From: a virus
Virus record (IMG/VR): IMGVR_UViG_3300046660_000510
Coordinates: 1-64,000 of that record
Direction: 5' to 3' (one strand)
Length of the DNA stretch: 64,000 nt
Below are positions 47,041 to 56,558 of the stretch, in pieces. A model generated the notes under the pieces. That model searched no databases. It saw nothing but the letters and a program-made list of their open reading frames with translations, and was not told where the DNA came from. Position 1 is the stretch's first letter. Each line of letters begins with the position of its first letter. The position numbers and the translations under genes are program-made.

Positions 47041-47069
47041 GGCCACCGACCCGAACCGGGTGGGTGGCC
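47041..47069 (+). terminator. hairpin after the PP2C gene
   Basis: GGCCACC..GGTGGCC. Confidence 0.45.
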
Positions 47070-47379
47070 TGAGATCCACGAATGGCGCAAGCGCAGCTTA
47101 GCCGAACATCTCCCCATGCTGGTAGAGGCGTTGAGCAACTTCTGCACCACCCCGGCCCGCTCCCCGGAAAACGTCCGGGTTGTCAGCGGCCACCACTAGA
47201 CTTCCGATCCAGCGGCACGACGCGTACGCCGCCAGCCGAACACCCCACCGTCGCACCCACGCTGCGACACCGGGCAGGCGAAGGTCTCACGGGGCCCGCG
47301 AAGAACAGCACCCTTCCTGTCACGGCACCCTCTGTGCGGCGGAAGGCGTGGGCACCCGCCGAGAAACCGGAGACTCACC

Positions 47380-47757
47380 GTGCCGAAGAAGCAGTCGACC
47401 GCCGCGAAGAAGGCCCGCGCCGCCCAGCGCTTGGCCGGCGGCAAGCACACCGCCCTGCTGGCCGCGCAGGTGTGCGGCGAGCGCCTGGACCCGTTCCTTG
47501 AGTTCCCTGAGACCTGCGCCCGGGCGCCGCACTCCCCGTGGGAACCGCACTCCGAGGACCGGGACTTCGACATTGCCGCGTGGCGGGAGAAGGTGGCCGC
47601 CGAGCAGGCGGCGGAGGAAGCCCGTCGGGCCGCCCTCACTGACGAAGAGCGCGCCGAGGAGGATGAGCAGGCCCGGGAGTGGGAGTACGACGAGATGCGG
47701 GCGGCCGCAGCCGCCGAGTACCCGAACGACGAGAAGTACTACGGCGACGAGGACTGA
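47380..47757 (+). CDS. hypothetical protein
   Basis: GGAG RBS; basic N-terminus, acidic C-terminus. Confidence 0.65.
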   Translation: MPKKQSTAAKKARAAQRLAGGKHTALLAAQVCGERLDPFLEFPETCARAPHSPWEPHSEDRDFDIAAWREKVAAEQAAEEARRAALTDEERAEEDEQAREWEYDEMRAAAAAEYPNDEKYYGDED

Positions 47758-47759
47758 CC

Positions 47760-47981
47760 GTGCCCAACACCCGCAACGTCGAAGAGATCGCCCGCGCCTC
47801 CGGCTATGAGAAGCACGGCACCACCTTCCTCGGCGGCAGCTTCGCCTCCTGTATCTGTCCGAAGAAGCCGTGCGGCGGTGTTGCATCGGACGATGAGCTG
47901 CAGGACTGTCCCGAGCATCGTCGGACGCCGACGCAGCTGTGGCACTGGGCTGCCGAATGCCCGGGAGACGCCGCCGTCTGA
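47760..47981 (+). CDS. small Cys-rich protein
   Basis: CICPKKPCGG..CPEH..WHWAAEC. Confidence 0.6.
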   Translation: MPNTRNVEEIARASGYEKHGTTFLGGSFASCICPKKPCGGVASDDELQDCPEHRRTPTQLWHWAAECPGDAAV

Positions 47982-48397
47982 GCATGCCTGCGGGCCCGGC
48001 TGGTGGAGTGCGCGGGCCCGCGGCAGGGGCGGGAGCGCAATCAAGGGGGTACTCGCTGCGACCGCCGTCCGGGCACCGTACGTCCCCCAGCCCCCGTGAG
48101 GGAACACCCCGGACGTGCGGAACTCCGCCGGCTGACGCGCCGTGAGGGGAGCAGGGGCAACGTCCCGCCGCATCCGGCATAGGTTGCTGTCACGGCCCCC
48201 GGACACCGCCCCCGGATCCCGCCGATACCGCATCTGACCTGCAAACTTCCAAAACTTCGGCCCCCACCCTCCAACCCGCACACGCGCGCCGCCCACCCCG
48301 CACATTCCCGGGACCCGCACCACAAGCAGCACCTGGGCCGAGGCAGCTCAGAAGTTTTGTAATCGATCACCCGGGGGTTTTCGGGCAGGATAGGGGC

Positions 48398-49261
48398 ATG
48401 GACCCCGAGGAACTGCTCAACGACTGGCTCGCCACCAGCGCCCTGCGGCCCTCCACCCGCGCCGAATACCACCGCGAAGTGAGCTCCTTCCTCACCTGGT
48501 GCGCCCGCCGGCCCCGGCCCGTCGACCCCATCGCGGCCCGACCCGCCGACATCGCCCAGTGGTCCCACGACACCTACCTCCGTGAACTCCTCGACGGCCG
48601 GCCCTTCGACGGACCCGACGCCCTCGGCTACCTCGCCGACCACCACCCCGACGCCGCCCGCACCCACGACCGCCGCATCACCGCCCTCACCGGCTACTAC
48701 GACGCCGCCACCGCCCGCCGCATCATCACCATCCCTCCCGACCTGAAAGTCCTGCGCTCCGGTGTCCCCCGGCCGCCCGGCGCCAAGAACCGGTTGACGC
48801 CCCGCGAACGCGCCGTCCTCCTCGCCTGCACCGGCGCCTGGGGACCCACCCGCTCGAAGCACTGGGAACGCGACCAACTGTGCGTCTACCTCCTCCTCGA
48901 GGGCCTCCGCCCGGCGCAGATCGTCCGCATCGACCGACGCCACCTCTACCCCCAGCCCGACGGCTCCTGGGACGTGCGCGCCCCCGACGACGCAGAGAAC
49001 GTCGGCAAAAAAATCACCCTGGACCCGCTCACCGGCGCGGCATTGAAGGCCTACCTGGCCGTACGCCTCGAGCCAGCCGACCCCGGCGAGCACACCCTCA
49101 TCCTCTCCAGCCGAGGAACCGCCACCTTCTCCCGCTGGCCCAACAAGCTCATAGGGCAGATCACCGCCACGCACCCGCTGCTCGCCGAACGCGACCCCGC
49201 CATCACCGCGGACGCCGTCGCCCACACGGGCCTGTGGGACACCCCCGGACAGGGCGACTAG
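48398..49261 (+). CDS. tyrosine-recombinase-like protein lacking the C-terminal catalytic motifs
   Basis: LRPSTRAEYHREV..FLTW (SAM-like domain), RDQL..LLLEGLRPAQI; ends at TADAVAHTG with no HxxR or Tyr. Confidence 0.7.
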   Translation: MDPEELLNDWLATSALRPSTRAEYHREVSSFLTWCARRPRPVDPIAARPADIAQWSHDTYLRELLDGRPFDGPDALGYLADHHPDAARTHDRRITALTGYYDAATARRIITIPPDLKVLRSGVPRPPGAKNRLTPRERAVLLACTGAWGPTRSKHWERDQLCVYLLLEGLRPAQIVRIDRRHLYPQPDGSWDVRAPDDAENVGKKITLDPLTGAALKAYLAVRLEPADPGEHTLILSSRGTATFSRWPNKLIGQITATHPLLAERDPAITADAVAHTGLWDTPGQGD

Positions 49262-50319
49262 GTCAGGTCGACCGTGGAGTTGTCGTCCCAGCCGTCCTCG
49301 ATCTGGAAGTAGCCGTTCATCGACCTCGAGTGCCGGGCCCACCCGCCCTGGTCGGCGATGACGATGGCGTCCTTGCCCTGCTTGCGGGCGGTGGAGGCGT
49401 GGCCGATGCGCAGGCTGTGGCCGGTCCAGGCGAGGTCGACGCCGGCGCGGGTGCTGATGCGTTTGATGGCGCGGGTGATGGAGTCGGGGACCATGCCGCC
49501 GGTAACGCGGCCGGAGCGGTGGATGCCGACGAACGCGGGCGCGTCCGGGGCCAGCCAGCGCGGGTCGGCCTCGGCGGCCATACGCTCGCGGTACGCCTTC
49601 CACGCTTGGACGGGGCAGATCTCAGGATCCTTCTGGTATCGGATCTTGGCGTCGCGGACGGAGTGCTTGGTCTTCCCGGTGAGGATGGAGATGACCAGGC
49701 CGCGCGGGTGCAGGGTGACGTCTCCCGCGAGCAGGCCGGCGGGGTCCTGGGCGCGGGCGGCGTAGTGGAAGCCGGTGAGGATGAGCGCCTTGTCGCGTGC
49801 GCCCGCCAATGTGTCGGGGCAGGCCCGTACGACGCGGTAGAGGTCGGGGACTTGGGCGGTGGATGCTTTGCCGCGGCCGCGGCGTTCCTTGTTCTGCAGC
49901 AGCTTGACGGTCAGGCCGTCGAGGGCGGCGCGCGCTTCGGCTTGGTCGTCGCGGCTGACGGTGACGTCTCGGTCGCGGAGTTCGACGACGGTTCCGGCGA
50001 GGATGGTGGAGGCCGAACTGGGGGCGTATCCGGTGCCGTTGGTCTGGCCTTGGCGGAGCATCCAGGCGACGTAGGCGACGAGCGCGCCGCGGGAGCCCTC
50101 GAGAAGTGGCAGGCCCTGGGAGCTGGTGAAGCGTTCCCACACGCGCCAGCTCTTGGTGTAGGTGTCGGTGGTGTTCTCGGGGGTGATCTCTCGTGCGACG
50201 GCGTCCGCGAGGTCTTCGGCCTGGGCGAGCCGGTGGGCAGTGTCGATACCGTGCCGGGCGGCCCACTTCTGGATGAGGGCCGCGCGTTCGGGGCTGGTGG
50301 TGGTGTCGAGTTCGGTCAC
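49258..50319 (-). CDS. Cre-like tyrosine recombinase
   Basis: GARDKALILTGFHYAAR, GKT, CPVQAW, TGHSLRIG, QGGW..S..MNGY. Confidence 0.9.
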   Translation of the reverse strand: MTELDTTTSPERAALIQKWAARHGIDTAHRLAQAEDLADAVAREITPENTTDTYTKSWRVWERFTSSQGLPLLEGSRGALVAYVAWMLRQGQTNGTGYAPSSASTILAGTVVELRDRDVTVSRDDQAEARAALDGLTVKLLQNKERRGRGKASTAQVPDLYRVVRACPDTLAGARDKALILTGFHYAARAQDPAGLLAGDVTLHPRGLVISILTGKTKHSVRDAKIRYQKDPEICPVQAWKAYRERMAAEADPRWLAPDAPAFVGIHRSGRVTGGMVPDSITRAIKRISTRAGVDLAWTGHSLRIGHASTARKQGKDAIVIADQGGWARHSRSMNGYFQIEDGWDDNSTVDLT

Positions 50320-50690
50320 GGCCGCCAGTCCTCGCGGTAGCCGGGCCGGTCCGCGTAGGGAAGGGCGGCGTGCGCCACGGCGACGCGCAGCCCTTCCACC
50401 CGGCCGACGTCCACCATATCGGCGAACGAGCCGAGAGCCTCCTCGGACTCGGCGTACTCGGTAAGCAGCTTCCGCTTGGCGTCAAGCTCGCGCAGTCCGA
50501 AGCCGACGTCGCGGTATGGAGTCGCCCTGGCGGCTTCGAGGTGCAGTACGCACGAGTCGTACTCGTCGTAGGCGGCGGGGTCCTGGCCCTCGTAGTTGAT
50601 GCACGGACCGTCATGACCGTCGCGGTAGCGGAGGAGCGCGGCCCGGTCCTCGGCAAGTTGATCTCCGAGCCACTGCGCGATGTCTTCCAC
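50316..50690 (-). CDS. DUF6221-like protein
   Basis: WLGDQLAED..LRELDAKRKLL..ALPYADRPGYREDWRP. Confidence 0.75.
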   Translation of the reverse strand: MEDIAQWLGDQLAEDRAALLRYRDGHDGPCINYEGQDPAAYDEYDSCVLHLEAARATPYRDVGFGLRELDAKRKLLTEYAESEEALGSFADMVDVGRVEGLRVAVAHAALPYADRPGYREDWRP

Positions 50691-50710
50691 GGGTCCTCAC
50701 CTCTGTGTGA

Positions 50711-50733
50711 TCGGATAAGGAGAGGTTATCCGA
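50711..50733. other. candidate lox/dif-like recombination site A
   Basis: TCGGATAA-GGAGAGG-TTATCCGA, 8-7-8 inverted repeat upstream of the recombinase operon. Confidence 0.5.
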
Positions 50734-50811
50734 CGCCACACGCGATGATCCCTCCGCTCACCGGGCGCCGAACACACGTTAAGCGCTGCTGAGAGAGGGA
50801 TCCTGCCGGTT

Positions 50812-51039
50812 TCATCGGCGGTTCCCCCACACGACGAGGGCGATGCGGACACAGACGACCGGCCAGGCGATGAGGAGCACGGCCACGAGGAACGGCAGCT
50901 GGTCCTCGAGGTCCCACAGCAGGAACCCGGGATCGTCTTCCTCTGGGCAGGACTTGATGAATCGGATGATCTCGTAGGACGAGAGCATCCAGCCGAATAC
51001 CCAGACGAACGCCAGGACTAGGAAGGGAAGGGGCATCAT
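50812..51039 (-). CDS. small two-TM membrane protein
   Basis: two hydrophobic segments. Confidence 0.6.
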   Translation of the reverse strand: MMPLPFLVLAFVWVFGWMLSSYEIIRFIKSCPEEDDPGFLLWDLEDQLPFLVAVLLIAWPVVCVRIALVVWGNRR

Positions 51040-51153
51040 GCCGTCAGCGTGTCACCTTTGATCTGGCGTGTTCCCCACGGATCTGATCCCTGTCGGCCGG
51101 GGAAATATCCATTATCCGGAGCCAGGTGCACCGTTGCCCACGAGCGGCGTCGG

Positions 51154-51387
51154 TCAGACCTCCTCGACTGTGACGGTGACCGACGTTCGACGGCACGCCA
51201 GACGATGCTCGACAGACGACGCAGCCCACGACCGCAGCCGCCCCAGGCGCTCCATAGCCCGCGCGCGGTCCTCGTACCACTCGGTGGTCGTGTGCCAGTT
51301 CCCCTGGAAGCCGACCTGCACGGCCCACTCGGTGGACTCGGAGTCCTCGATGAGCACGGACGGGCTGGATATCTGATTCATGGCCAT
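51154..51387 (-). CDS. small hypothetical protein
   Basis: 77-aa ORF between two TTATC-arm sites. Confidence 0.5.
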   Translation of the reverse strand: MAMNQISSPSVLIEDSESTEWAVQVGFQGNWHTTTEWYEDRARAMERLGRLRSWAASSVEHRLACRRTSVTVTVEEV

Positions 51388-51549
51388 ATGTGAGCTTATC
51401 GGGAACCATGCGAGGCGTTCCGGTCCAACGACCCGTCAGCGTGCCGCCGCGTTCGAGCCGTTCGATTATTGCCCCAGATCGATCCTAAGCTCGGGCCGTT
51501 CCGAGCGTCCGGGCACTTCGGCTCAGTGACGCACGTTCGCGTGCACCTA

Positions 51550-51587
51550 TTGACGCATGCGTTAAACCCTGCGACCATTAACGCATG
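51550..51587 (+). promoter_or_regulatory. promoter/operator of the RHH gene
   Basis: TTGACGCATGCGTTAA near-palindrome over a TTGACG -35; TTAACGCATG repeat overlaps the ATG. Confidence 0.5.
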
Positions 51588-51974
51588 TGGAAATCCGATG
51601 GCCGGAGGGGACGCCCCGTCGTGGGCCCCAAGGTAGAGACCCGGCTCCCTGAATCCGACCTCCAGAAGGTCGACGCCTTCGCGGCGCAGCACGACATGTC
51701 CCGGGCGGAAGCCCTCCGCCAACTGACCAGCGACGGTCTACTCCTTGCTGACGCCAGTACCCGAGAGACCATCGCACCGGACGCCGTTCAGAGCCAGAAG
51801 ATCGCGTCTGGCGCCGTCGAGTCCGGGAAGGTCGACCCGAACGACCCTCTGTTCGTACACACCCTGGTCGTGTGGGCATTGAAGAAGGTCGGCATGGGCC
51901 AGGAGGAAGCCGACCAGTACGCGACCGCCCATCAGCAGCACGCGGTAGACGCCTACCGCACCACCGAGAAGTGA
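51585..51974 (+). CDS. CopG/ribbon-helix-helix regulator
   Basis: RGRPVVGPKVETRLPESDLQKVDAFAAQHDMSRAEALRQL. Confidence 0.8.
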   Translation: MWKSDGRRGRPVVGPKVETRLPESDLQKVDAFAAQHDMSRAEALRQLTSDGLLLADASTRETIAPDAVQSQKIASGAVESGKVDPNDPLFVHTLVVWALKKVGMGQEEADQYATAHQQHAVDAYRTTEK

Positions 51975-51985
51975 GGACACCGACC

Positions 51986-52207
51986 GTGAGCAAGCCCATC
52001 AGCCTCACCACGATCTCGCTGTCCGACGCGCACTGGGTGGACCTTCTGACCACCGCGCGGCTCCACGCCTATCGAGAGGTTCGGGAGATGCCCAACGTGA
52101 CAACCGCGCAGTGTCAGCAGATCGTGGCGGCGGCCGTCGCTGGGGTTCGCACGCAGATCGAAGAGTGGGCCGCACAGCAGACCACCGACAGCGCCACCGA
52201 GCAGTGA
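51986..52207 (+). CDS. cassette ORF (73 aa)
   Basis: start and stop supplied by junction repeats. Confidence 0.65.
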   Translation: MSKPISLTTISLSDAHWVDLLTTARLHAYREVREMPNVTTAQCQQIVAAAVAGVRTQIEEWAAQQTTDSATEQ

Positions 52208-52218
52208 GGGCACCGGCC

Positions 52219-52353
52219 ATGGAGCAGGATGAACTGGGCGCGCAGCAGGAGGAATTGCTCCGGGACCTGGACGACGTCCTGGACGTAGAGGCAGGTCTGG
52301 AGGACCTGCTCCGCAGGCTCGGCCCGCCCGCCGACCGAACCACCGAGAAGTGA
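52219..52353 (+). CDS. cassette ORF (44 aa, acidic)
   Basis: start and stop supplied by junction repeats. Confidence 0.6.
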   Translation: MEQDELGAQQEELLRDLDDVLDVEAGLEDLLRRLGPPADRTTEK

Positions 52354-52364
52354 GGACACCGACC

Positions 52365-52571
52365 ATGGCGGACGCGCAACCGCAGCCCACCTCCGGCGGG
52401 AGCATCCAGATCGGAGAACCGTCGCAGCTTCAGACTTTCGCGGTCCGCACTCAGGCGGACTGGGCCGACGTCGAGATCGAGCACTATCAGCAGACCGGCG
52501 AAACGCCTCTCGCTCGACTGCACCGCGAGAACCTCGACGCGCTCCACGCCGACCGCACCACCGAGAAGTGA
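52365..52571 (+). CDS. cassette ORF (68 aa)
   Basis: start and stop supplied by junction repeats. Confidence 0.65.
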   Translation: MADAQPQPTSGGSIQIGEPSQLQTFAVRTQADWADVEIEHYQQTGETPLARLHRENLDALHADRTTEK

Positions 52572-52582
52572 GGAGCACGACC

Positions 52583-52759
52583 GTGAGTGCTGCCGCCTAC
52601 TCCACCTTCGCCACTGTTTTCGGCTTGATCGCATTCGGACACGGACTGCTCGCCTGGACCAACTGGCGGCGAGGGAAGCGTGGCGCCTCCTTCAACTACC
52701 TAGCCGCTGCTGCCGTGTTCTTCGCCGGGGTGGCCTCTTGGTGCGCCATGCTCGGGTAG
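52583..52759 (+). CDS. cassette ORF (58 aa, two TM helices)
   Basis: start in the last junction repeat; hydrophobic. Confidence 0.6.
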   Translation: MSAAAYSTFATVFGLIAFGHGLLAWTNWRRGKRGASFNYLAAAAVFFAGVASWCAMLG

Positions 52760-52784
52760 TCATGGGAGCGCAGCACGAACGCAA

Positions 52785-52819
52785 CGGTGCCCCGGCTGAG
52801 GAAAGCAGCCGGGGCACCG
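52785..52819. terminator. bidirectional hairpin
   Basis: CGGTGCCCCGGCTG-AGGAAAG-CAGCCGGGGCACCG, 14-bp stem between convergent genes. Confidence 0.7.
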
Positions 52820-52828
52820 GCGTGCACA

Positions 52829-53101
52829 TTACTTCAGCCGAACCTCAATGCCTTGGCCAGCCTGAATCTGCTCAGCGAACTGCGTAAGTTCCGGGTCCGT
52901 TACGCTACCGCCGGTGTGCTGAGCCCATATGCGCTGAATCTCAGGCTTGATCTGCGCCAGAGGCTTCCCCTGATAGCGCGCGGCAAGTGTGCCCAGCGCC
53001 CGTGTCAGATCGGAGGCCATGCTCGCGATCTCCTGGTTGACCGCCTTCTTCAGCGCCCGGTCATCAAAGTTGAAGTTGAACTCGATGTTGGACTTGGCCA
53101 C
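52829..53101 (-). CDS. hypothetical protein
   Basis: AAGGAGG RBS. Confidence 0.65.
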   Translation of the reverse strand: MAKSNIEFNFNFDDRALKKAVNQEIASMASDLTRALGTLAARYQGKPLAQIKPEIQRIWAQHTGGSVTDPELTQFAEQIQAGQGIEVRLK

Positions 53102-53399
53102 GTGGGCCTCCTTGTGCAGGGACTCCCGCGCTCACAGAGCCCCGCGGCCCCCGGCAGTCCGAACTGCCTCAACGGTACTAGGTGCCACTGACAACAGGCG
53201 TTCCGCTACTTCTTCGCCTGCCGCTCCCGTACTGGGCCCAGGCAGACGACGCACAGCGGGCAACCGCCCAGGCCGTACCGGTGGGTGGGGTGGCCGCAGC
53301 CCGCGCACGGGCCGACCTGGGCAGGCGCGCACGTCGGGGCAGGCGGCTTCGGGCGGGATGATGCTGGGGTGCTCACCGGATCATCGTACGTACGCCCGG

Positions 53400-55487
53400 T
53401 TACGCGCCGACTGCCACCCACGGACCGGCGATATCCGACCCCACATTCGACGACGGGGTGATCGACGACGGCAACGCGGTCAGTCCGGTCCCGTTCTTCG
53501 CAAACCGGTACGCCGACGCCGCCAGGCCCAGGTTCGCAGCCGTGTCGACGCCGGTCCAGCCGGACGCGCGGGTCAGTGTCGGTGTGACCGAGGCGTTGAA
53601 CAGCAGCGCGACCCAGTAGAACGATCCGGCCGACAGTGCCGTGGACGTGATGGTGGTGGTCTTCAGCGTGGCCGAGGAGAAGCCGGTGTCGACGTTGGTG
53701 GACGCCAGCAGCGTGCCAGCCGAGTTGTACAGACCGACCCAGTTCTGGTTGGTGGTGGCCCCGGATCCGGTGTTCGCCACCCACCAGTACAGTTTCGTGG
53801 CGTTCAGGGCGGCGGCGATGTTCACGCGGACCAGGTACAGCGTTCCGGCGGTCAGCTGCGTCGAGTTGACGGCCAGCGCCGGGTCGTAGCACCAGGCGGC
53901 CACCCCGTGGGCGGCCGGGAAGTTCTGTCCCAGTGCGTTGCCGGTGACGTTCAGGCTGCCGCTGATGGTGCCGCCCGCGGCCGGGAGGGCGCCGGTGATG
54001 CGGGCGTCGTCACCCGCGGCCACCGTGCCCGCTCCAGTGCCGACAGTCAGGGCCGGGGTGCCGTGGGTGTGGTCGCCCCGGGCGTAGGTAGCAGCGGATC
54101 CGGCCGCCGATGACTGTCCGAACGCTGTCTCAGCCGTGACGCTGCCGGACGCCGAGGGCGGTGCGGGCGGGCTGGTCCAGGTACCGGGTACCCCGCCCGC
54201 AGTGCACAGCCACCACACCCCGGCGGAGTCCTGGACGGCGTCCCCGGTGGCCCAGGTGCCCGTGGTGGGTGCTCCGGTGGTGGCGCGGCGCCCGCACAGC
54301 CTGATGTTGGTGAGGCCGTTCTTGGCGCCGAGGCTGGCTACGCCGGTGCCGGAGTCGATGTCGTGGACGTCGTCGAACGCGCCGGTGCCGAACTGAACGC
54401 GGCCAATCAGGTGCGGGCCCGTGGCTTCCCAGCGCATGACGTTGGTCTGGGTACCGGTGAAGTCGGGGTTCGTCCACTTGGAGACGAAGACGTCGAGGCC
54501 GGCGATCTCCAGGTCGAGGCCGCTGCCGGTGACGCGGAACCGGTAGGCGCCGGTATCGTCCGCGCGCTGCACGGTCAGGTTGTGGCCGTCGACGGTGACG
54601 TCGCCGGTGAAGGCCGCCCCGGAGAGTGGGGCGAGGGCGGCCAGGGCTGCGGGGAGTCCGCTGACCTGGGACTGGGATACGGACACCGGGTCGCTCCCGG
54701 CCGCCGCATGCGAGGAGGCGTGGGCCGTGGGGGTGCGGGAGTTGGTGGTGGTCGGGTCGTCGGAGCGCAGCGCGATGGTGGATCCTGCACCGGCGGCTCC
54801 GAGCGGCGGCTGCGAGCCGGTGGCGCCCGTGTCGCCCTTCGGGCCGGTCGCACCGGTGTCGCCCGTGGGGCCTTGGGCGCCGGTCGCGCCGGCGGGTCCT
54901 TGCGGGCCCTGGTCCCCGGTGTCCCCTTTAGGTCCCTGGGCGCCGGTTGCTCCGGCCGGCCCCGTGGCTCCTGCGGGTCCCTGCACTCCCGCCTCTCCCG
55001 GGTCTCCGGGGTCGCCCTTCGGTCCCTGGGCGCCAGTCGCTCCAGTCGCTCCCGTGGGGCCGGTAGCTCCGGCCGGTCCGGGCTCGCCCTGGGGGCCGGT
55101 GGAGCCGGTCTGCCCGGTGCCGAGGTAGACGACGGTTCCCTGCCCGGTCTGAGTGCTGGACAAGTCCGCGCGGATCGCCCCCACCCAGTACGTGCCGGTC
55201 TCCGGGACGACGATGTAGGTGAGGATCGGCGAGCCGTCGCGGGCGCGCCCCTCCTGGATGGCCCACAGGGTGTCGCCCGACTGGGATTCGATGAGCGTGT
55301 TGGCGGTCAGGGTGACCGTCCAGGTGCCGTCGCTGCCCGCCTGAATGGGGACGTCCTTGACCAGCTCGCCCGACACGGAGGCGACGTAGCCGACCGCGGG
55401 CTGCCCGGTCACGTCGACCAGGGTCGCCTTCATTTCCACCCGCTGCGGAGCGGACGCCCCGATCAGCTTCCCGTTCACGACAGTCAT
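53400..55487 (-). CDS. collagen-like tail fibre/virion protein
   Basis: long Gly-X-Y tract (about 54820-55110), [11 protein letters not shown] and [14 protein letters not shown] fibre motifs. Confidence 0.8.
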   Translation of the reverse strand: MTVVNGKLIGASAPQRVEMKATLVDVTGQPAVGYVASVSGELVKDVPIQAGSDGTWTVTLTANTLIESQSGDTLWAIQEGRARDGSPILTYIVVPETGTYWVGAIRADLSSTQTGQGTVVYLGTGQTGSTGPQGEPGPAGATGPTGATGATGAQGPKGDPGDPGEAGVQGPAGATGPAGATGAQGPKGDTGDQGPQGPAGATGAQGPTGDTGATGPKGDTGATGSQPPLGAAGAGSTIALRSDDPTTTNSRTPTAHASSHAAAGSDPVSVSQSQVSGLPAALAALAPLSGAAFTGDVTVDGHNLTVQRADDTGAYRFRVTGSGLDLEIAGLDVFVSKWTNPDFTGTQTNVMRWEATGPHLIGRVQFGTGAFDDVHDIDSGTGVASLGAKNGLTNIRLCGRRATTGAPTTGTWATGDAVQDSAGVWWLCTAGGVPGTWTSPPAPPSASGSVTAETAFGQSSAAGSAATYARGDHTHGTPALTVGTGAGTVAAGDDARITGALPAAGGTISGSLNVTGNALGQNFPAAHGVAAWCYDPALAVNSTQLTAGTLYLVRVNIAAALNATKLYWWVANTGSGATTNQNWVGLYNSAGTLLASTNVDTGFSSATLKTTTITSTALSAGSFYWVALLFNASVTPTLTRASGWTGVDTAANLGLAASAYRFAKNGTGLTALPSSITPSSNVGSDIAGPWVAVGA

Positions 55488-55497
55488 CGACGCACTC

Positions 55498-56178
55498 CTA
55501 GCTTCGGCGGTTGAGCAGGCCGAGCGGGAGCAGCGCGGACTGGCTGTCGCTCGGGGACGGTTGCTGGCTGGGGCTGGGAGACGGAGAAGGATCCGGGCTG
55601 GCGGTGCTGGTCTGCGTGCACCGGTAGCGCGGATGGTCCGGGTCGAAGTTGTCGGCGGGGACGCACTGGTAGGTGTTGCCGTCCTGGTCGGTGTACGTCC
55701 ACTCCGACGGCGGCGCCCCGCTCTTGCCGTCGCTGCCGTCCTTGCCGTCCGAGCCCGCCGCACCATCAGCGCCGGCCTGCCCTGCCGGACCGGTGGGACC
55801 GGGCACGGTGGAGTCGGCGCCCGGCGCCCCGGAAGGTCCCGGTGAACCGCTGGGTCCTGGGCTGCCGTCACTGCCGTCCTTGCCTGGCTTGCCGGATTCC
55901 CCCGACGAGCCCGACGGCCCGGACGGGCCGATCAACCCGGCCGCCCCGGTCTCCCCCCGTGGCCCGGCGACCGGGGTCCCTCCCATGTTCTCTACTTGCT
56001 GGGTGAGCAGGGCGACATCGCGGTGCGCGCTATCCAGTTGCCTGGACATGATCAGGAATCCGGTGACCACGCCGGCCAACGCGCAGGCGGCAAGGAGCAT
56101 CGCCGCAGCAGCGTTCAGGTTGCCGCGGCTGCGCCGCTTACGTGTTTCCGCCCGGCTGCCAGGCCTCGGGGGGTTCAC
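55498..56178 (-). CDS. membrane-anchored collagen-like protein (lysis-cassette accessory)
   Basis: N-terminal TM, Gly-X-Y repeats, C-terminal WTYTD..C..C. Confidence 0.7.
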   Translation of the reverse strand: MNPPRPGSRAETRKRRSRGNLNAAAAMLLAACALAGVVTGFLIMSRQLDSAHRDVALLTQQVENMGGTPVAGPRGETGAAGLIGPSGPSGSSGESGKPGKDGSDGSPGPSGSPGPSGAPGADSTVPGPTGPAGQAGADGAAGSDGKDGSDGKSGAPPSEWTYTDQDGNTYQCVPADNFDPDHPRYRCTQTSTASPDPSPSPSPSQQPSPSDSQSALLPLGLLNRRS

Positions 56179-56519
56179 TACTTGCCTCCTGCCATGAAAA
56201 GGATGACGGGCACGAGAATCCCGAGCAGGGAGATCACCGCGCCGACCAGCCAGCGCCGGGTCTGCGTGATCCGGTCAGCATCCTGGACGCGCTGTTCCTG
56301 GACGGCTGCCATGTCCCGGTCGTGCTTGGCGGACAACTGCTGATGCGCCTTCTCCAGATCGGACAGGTCTTTCAGCAGGGCCGCCTTTTCGACGGCGTAC
56401 ACGTCGATCGACACCAACCGATCAAGGCGGTTGTTGATCTGCGCGTAGTCATCGCGTACGTCGCCCCGAAGGGCCTGGATGAGCCGTCCGAGCTCTCCCA
56501 AAGACGGCTCATCGGCCAT
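56178..56519 (-). CDS. coiled-coil protein with C-terminal TM (lysis cassette)
   Basis: EPSLGELGRLI...RRWLVGAVISLLGILVPVILF. Confidence 0.7.
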   Translation of the reverse strand: MADEPSLGELGRLIQALRGDVRDDYAQINNRLDRLVSIDVYAVEKAALLKDLSDLEKAHQQLSAKHDRDMAAVQEQRVQDADRITQTRRWLVGAVISLLGILVPVILFMAGGK

Positions 56520-56558
56520 TTGGTGCTCCGTGTGGGGGGCGTAATCGTGCGGGCAAGG

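Larger units (their letters stand above)
51957..52585 (+). repeat. four copies of a 32-bp gene-junction repeat (stop + RBS + start)
   Basis: CGCACCACCGAGAAGTGAGGACACCGACCRTG-like at 51957, 52190, 52336 and 52554. Confidence 0.85.

Noticed and set aside
49258-50319. Prophage integrase or protelomerase call
   Set aside because: Motifs are Cre-like; no att/tRNA, host boundary or long telRL-type palindrome was seen.
51957-52585. CRISPR array interpretation of the 32-bp repeats
   Set aside because: Intervening segments are 114-201 nt protein-coding ORFs of unequal length, the repeats are not palindromic, and no cas genes are present.
54820-55990. Tandem 9-bp-like DNA repeats
   Set aside because: Explained by collagen Gly-X-Y coding.
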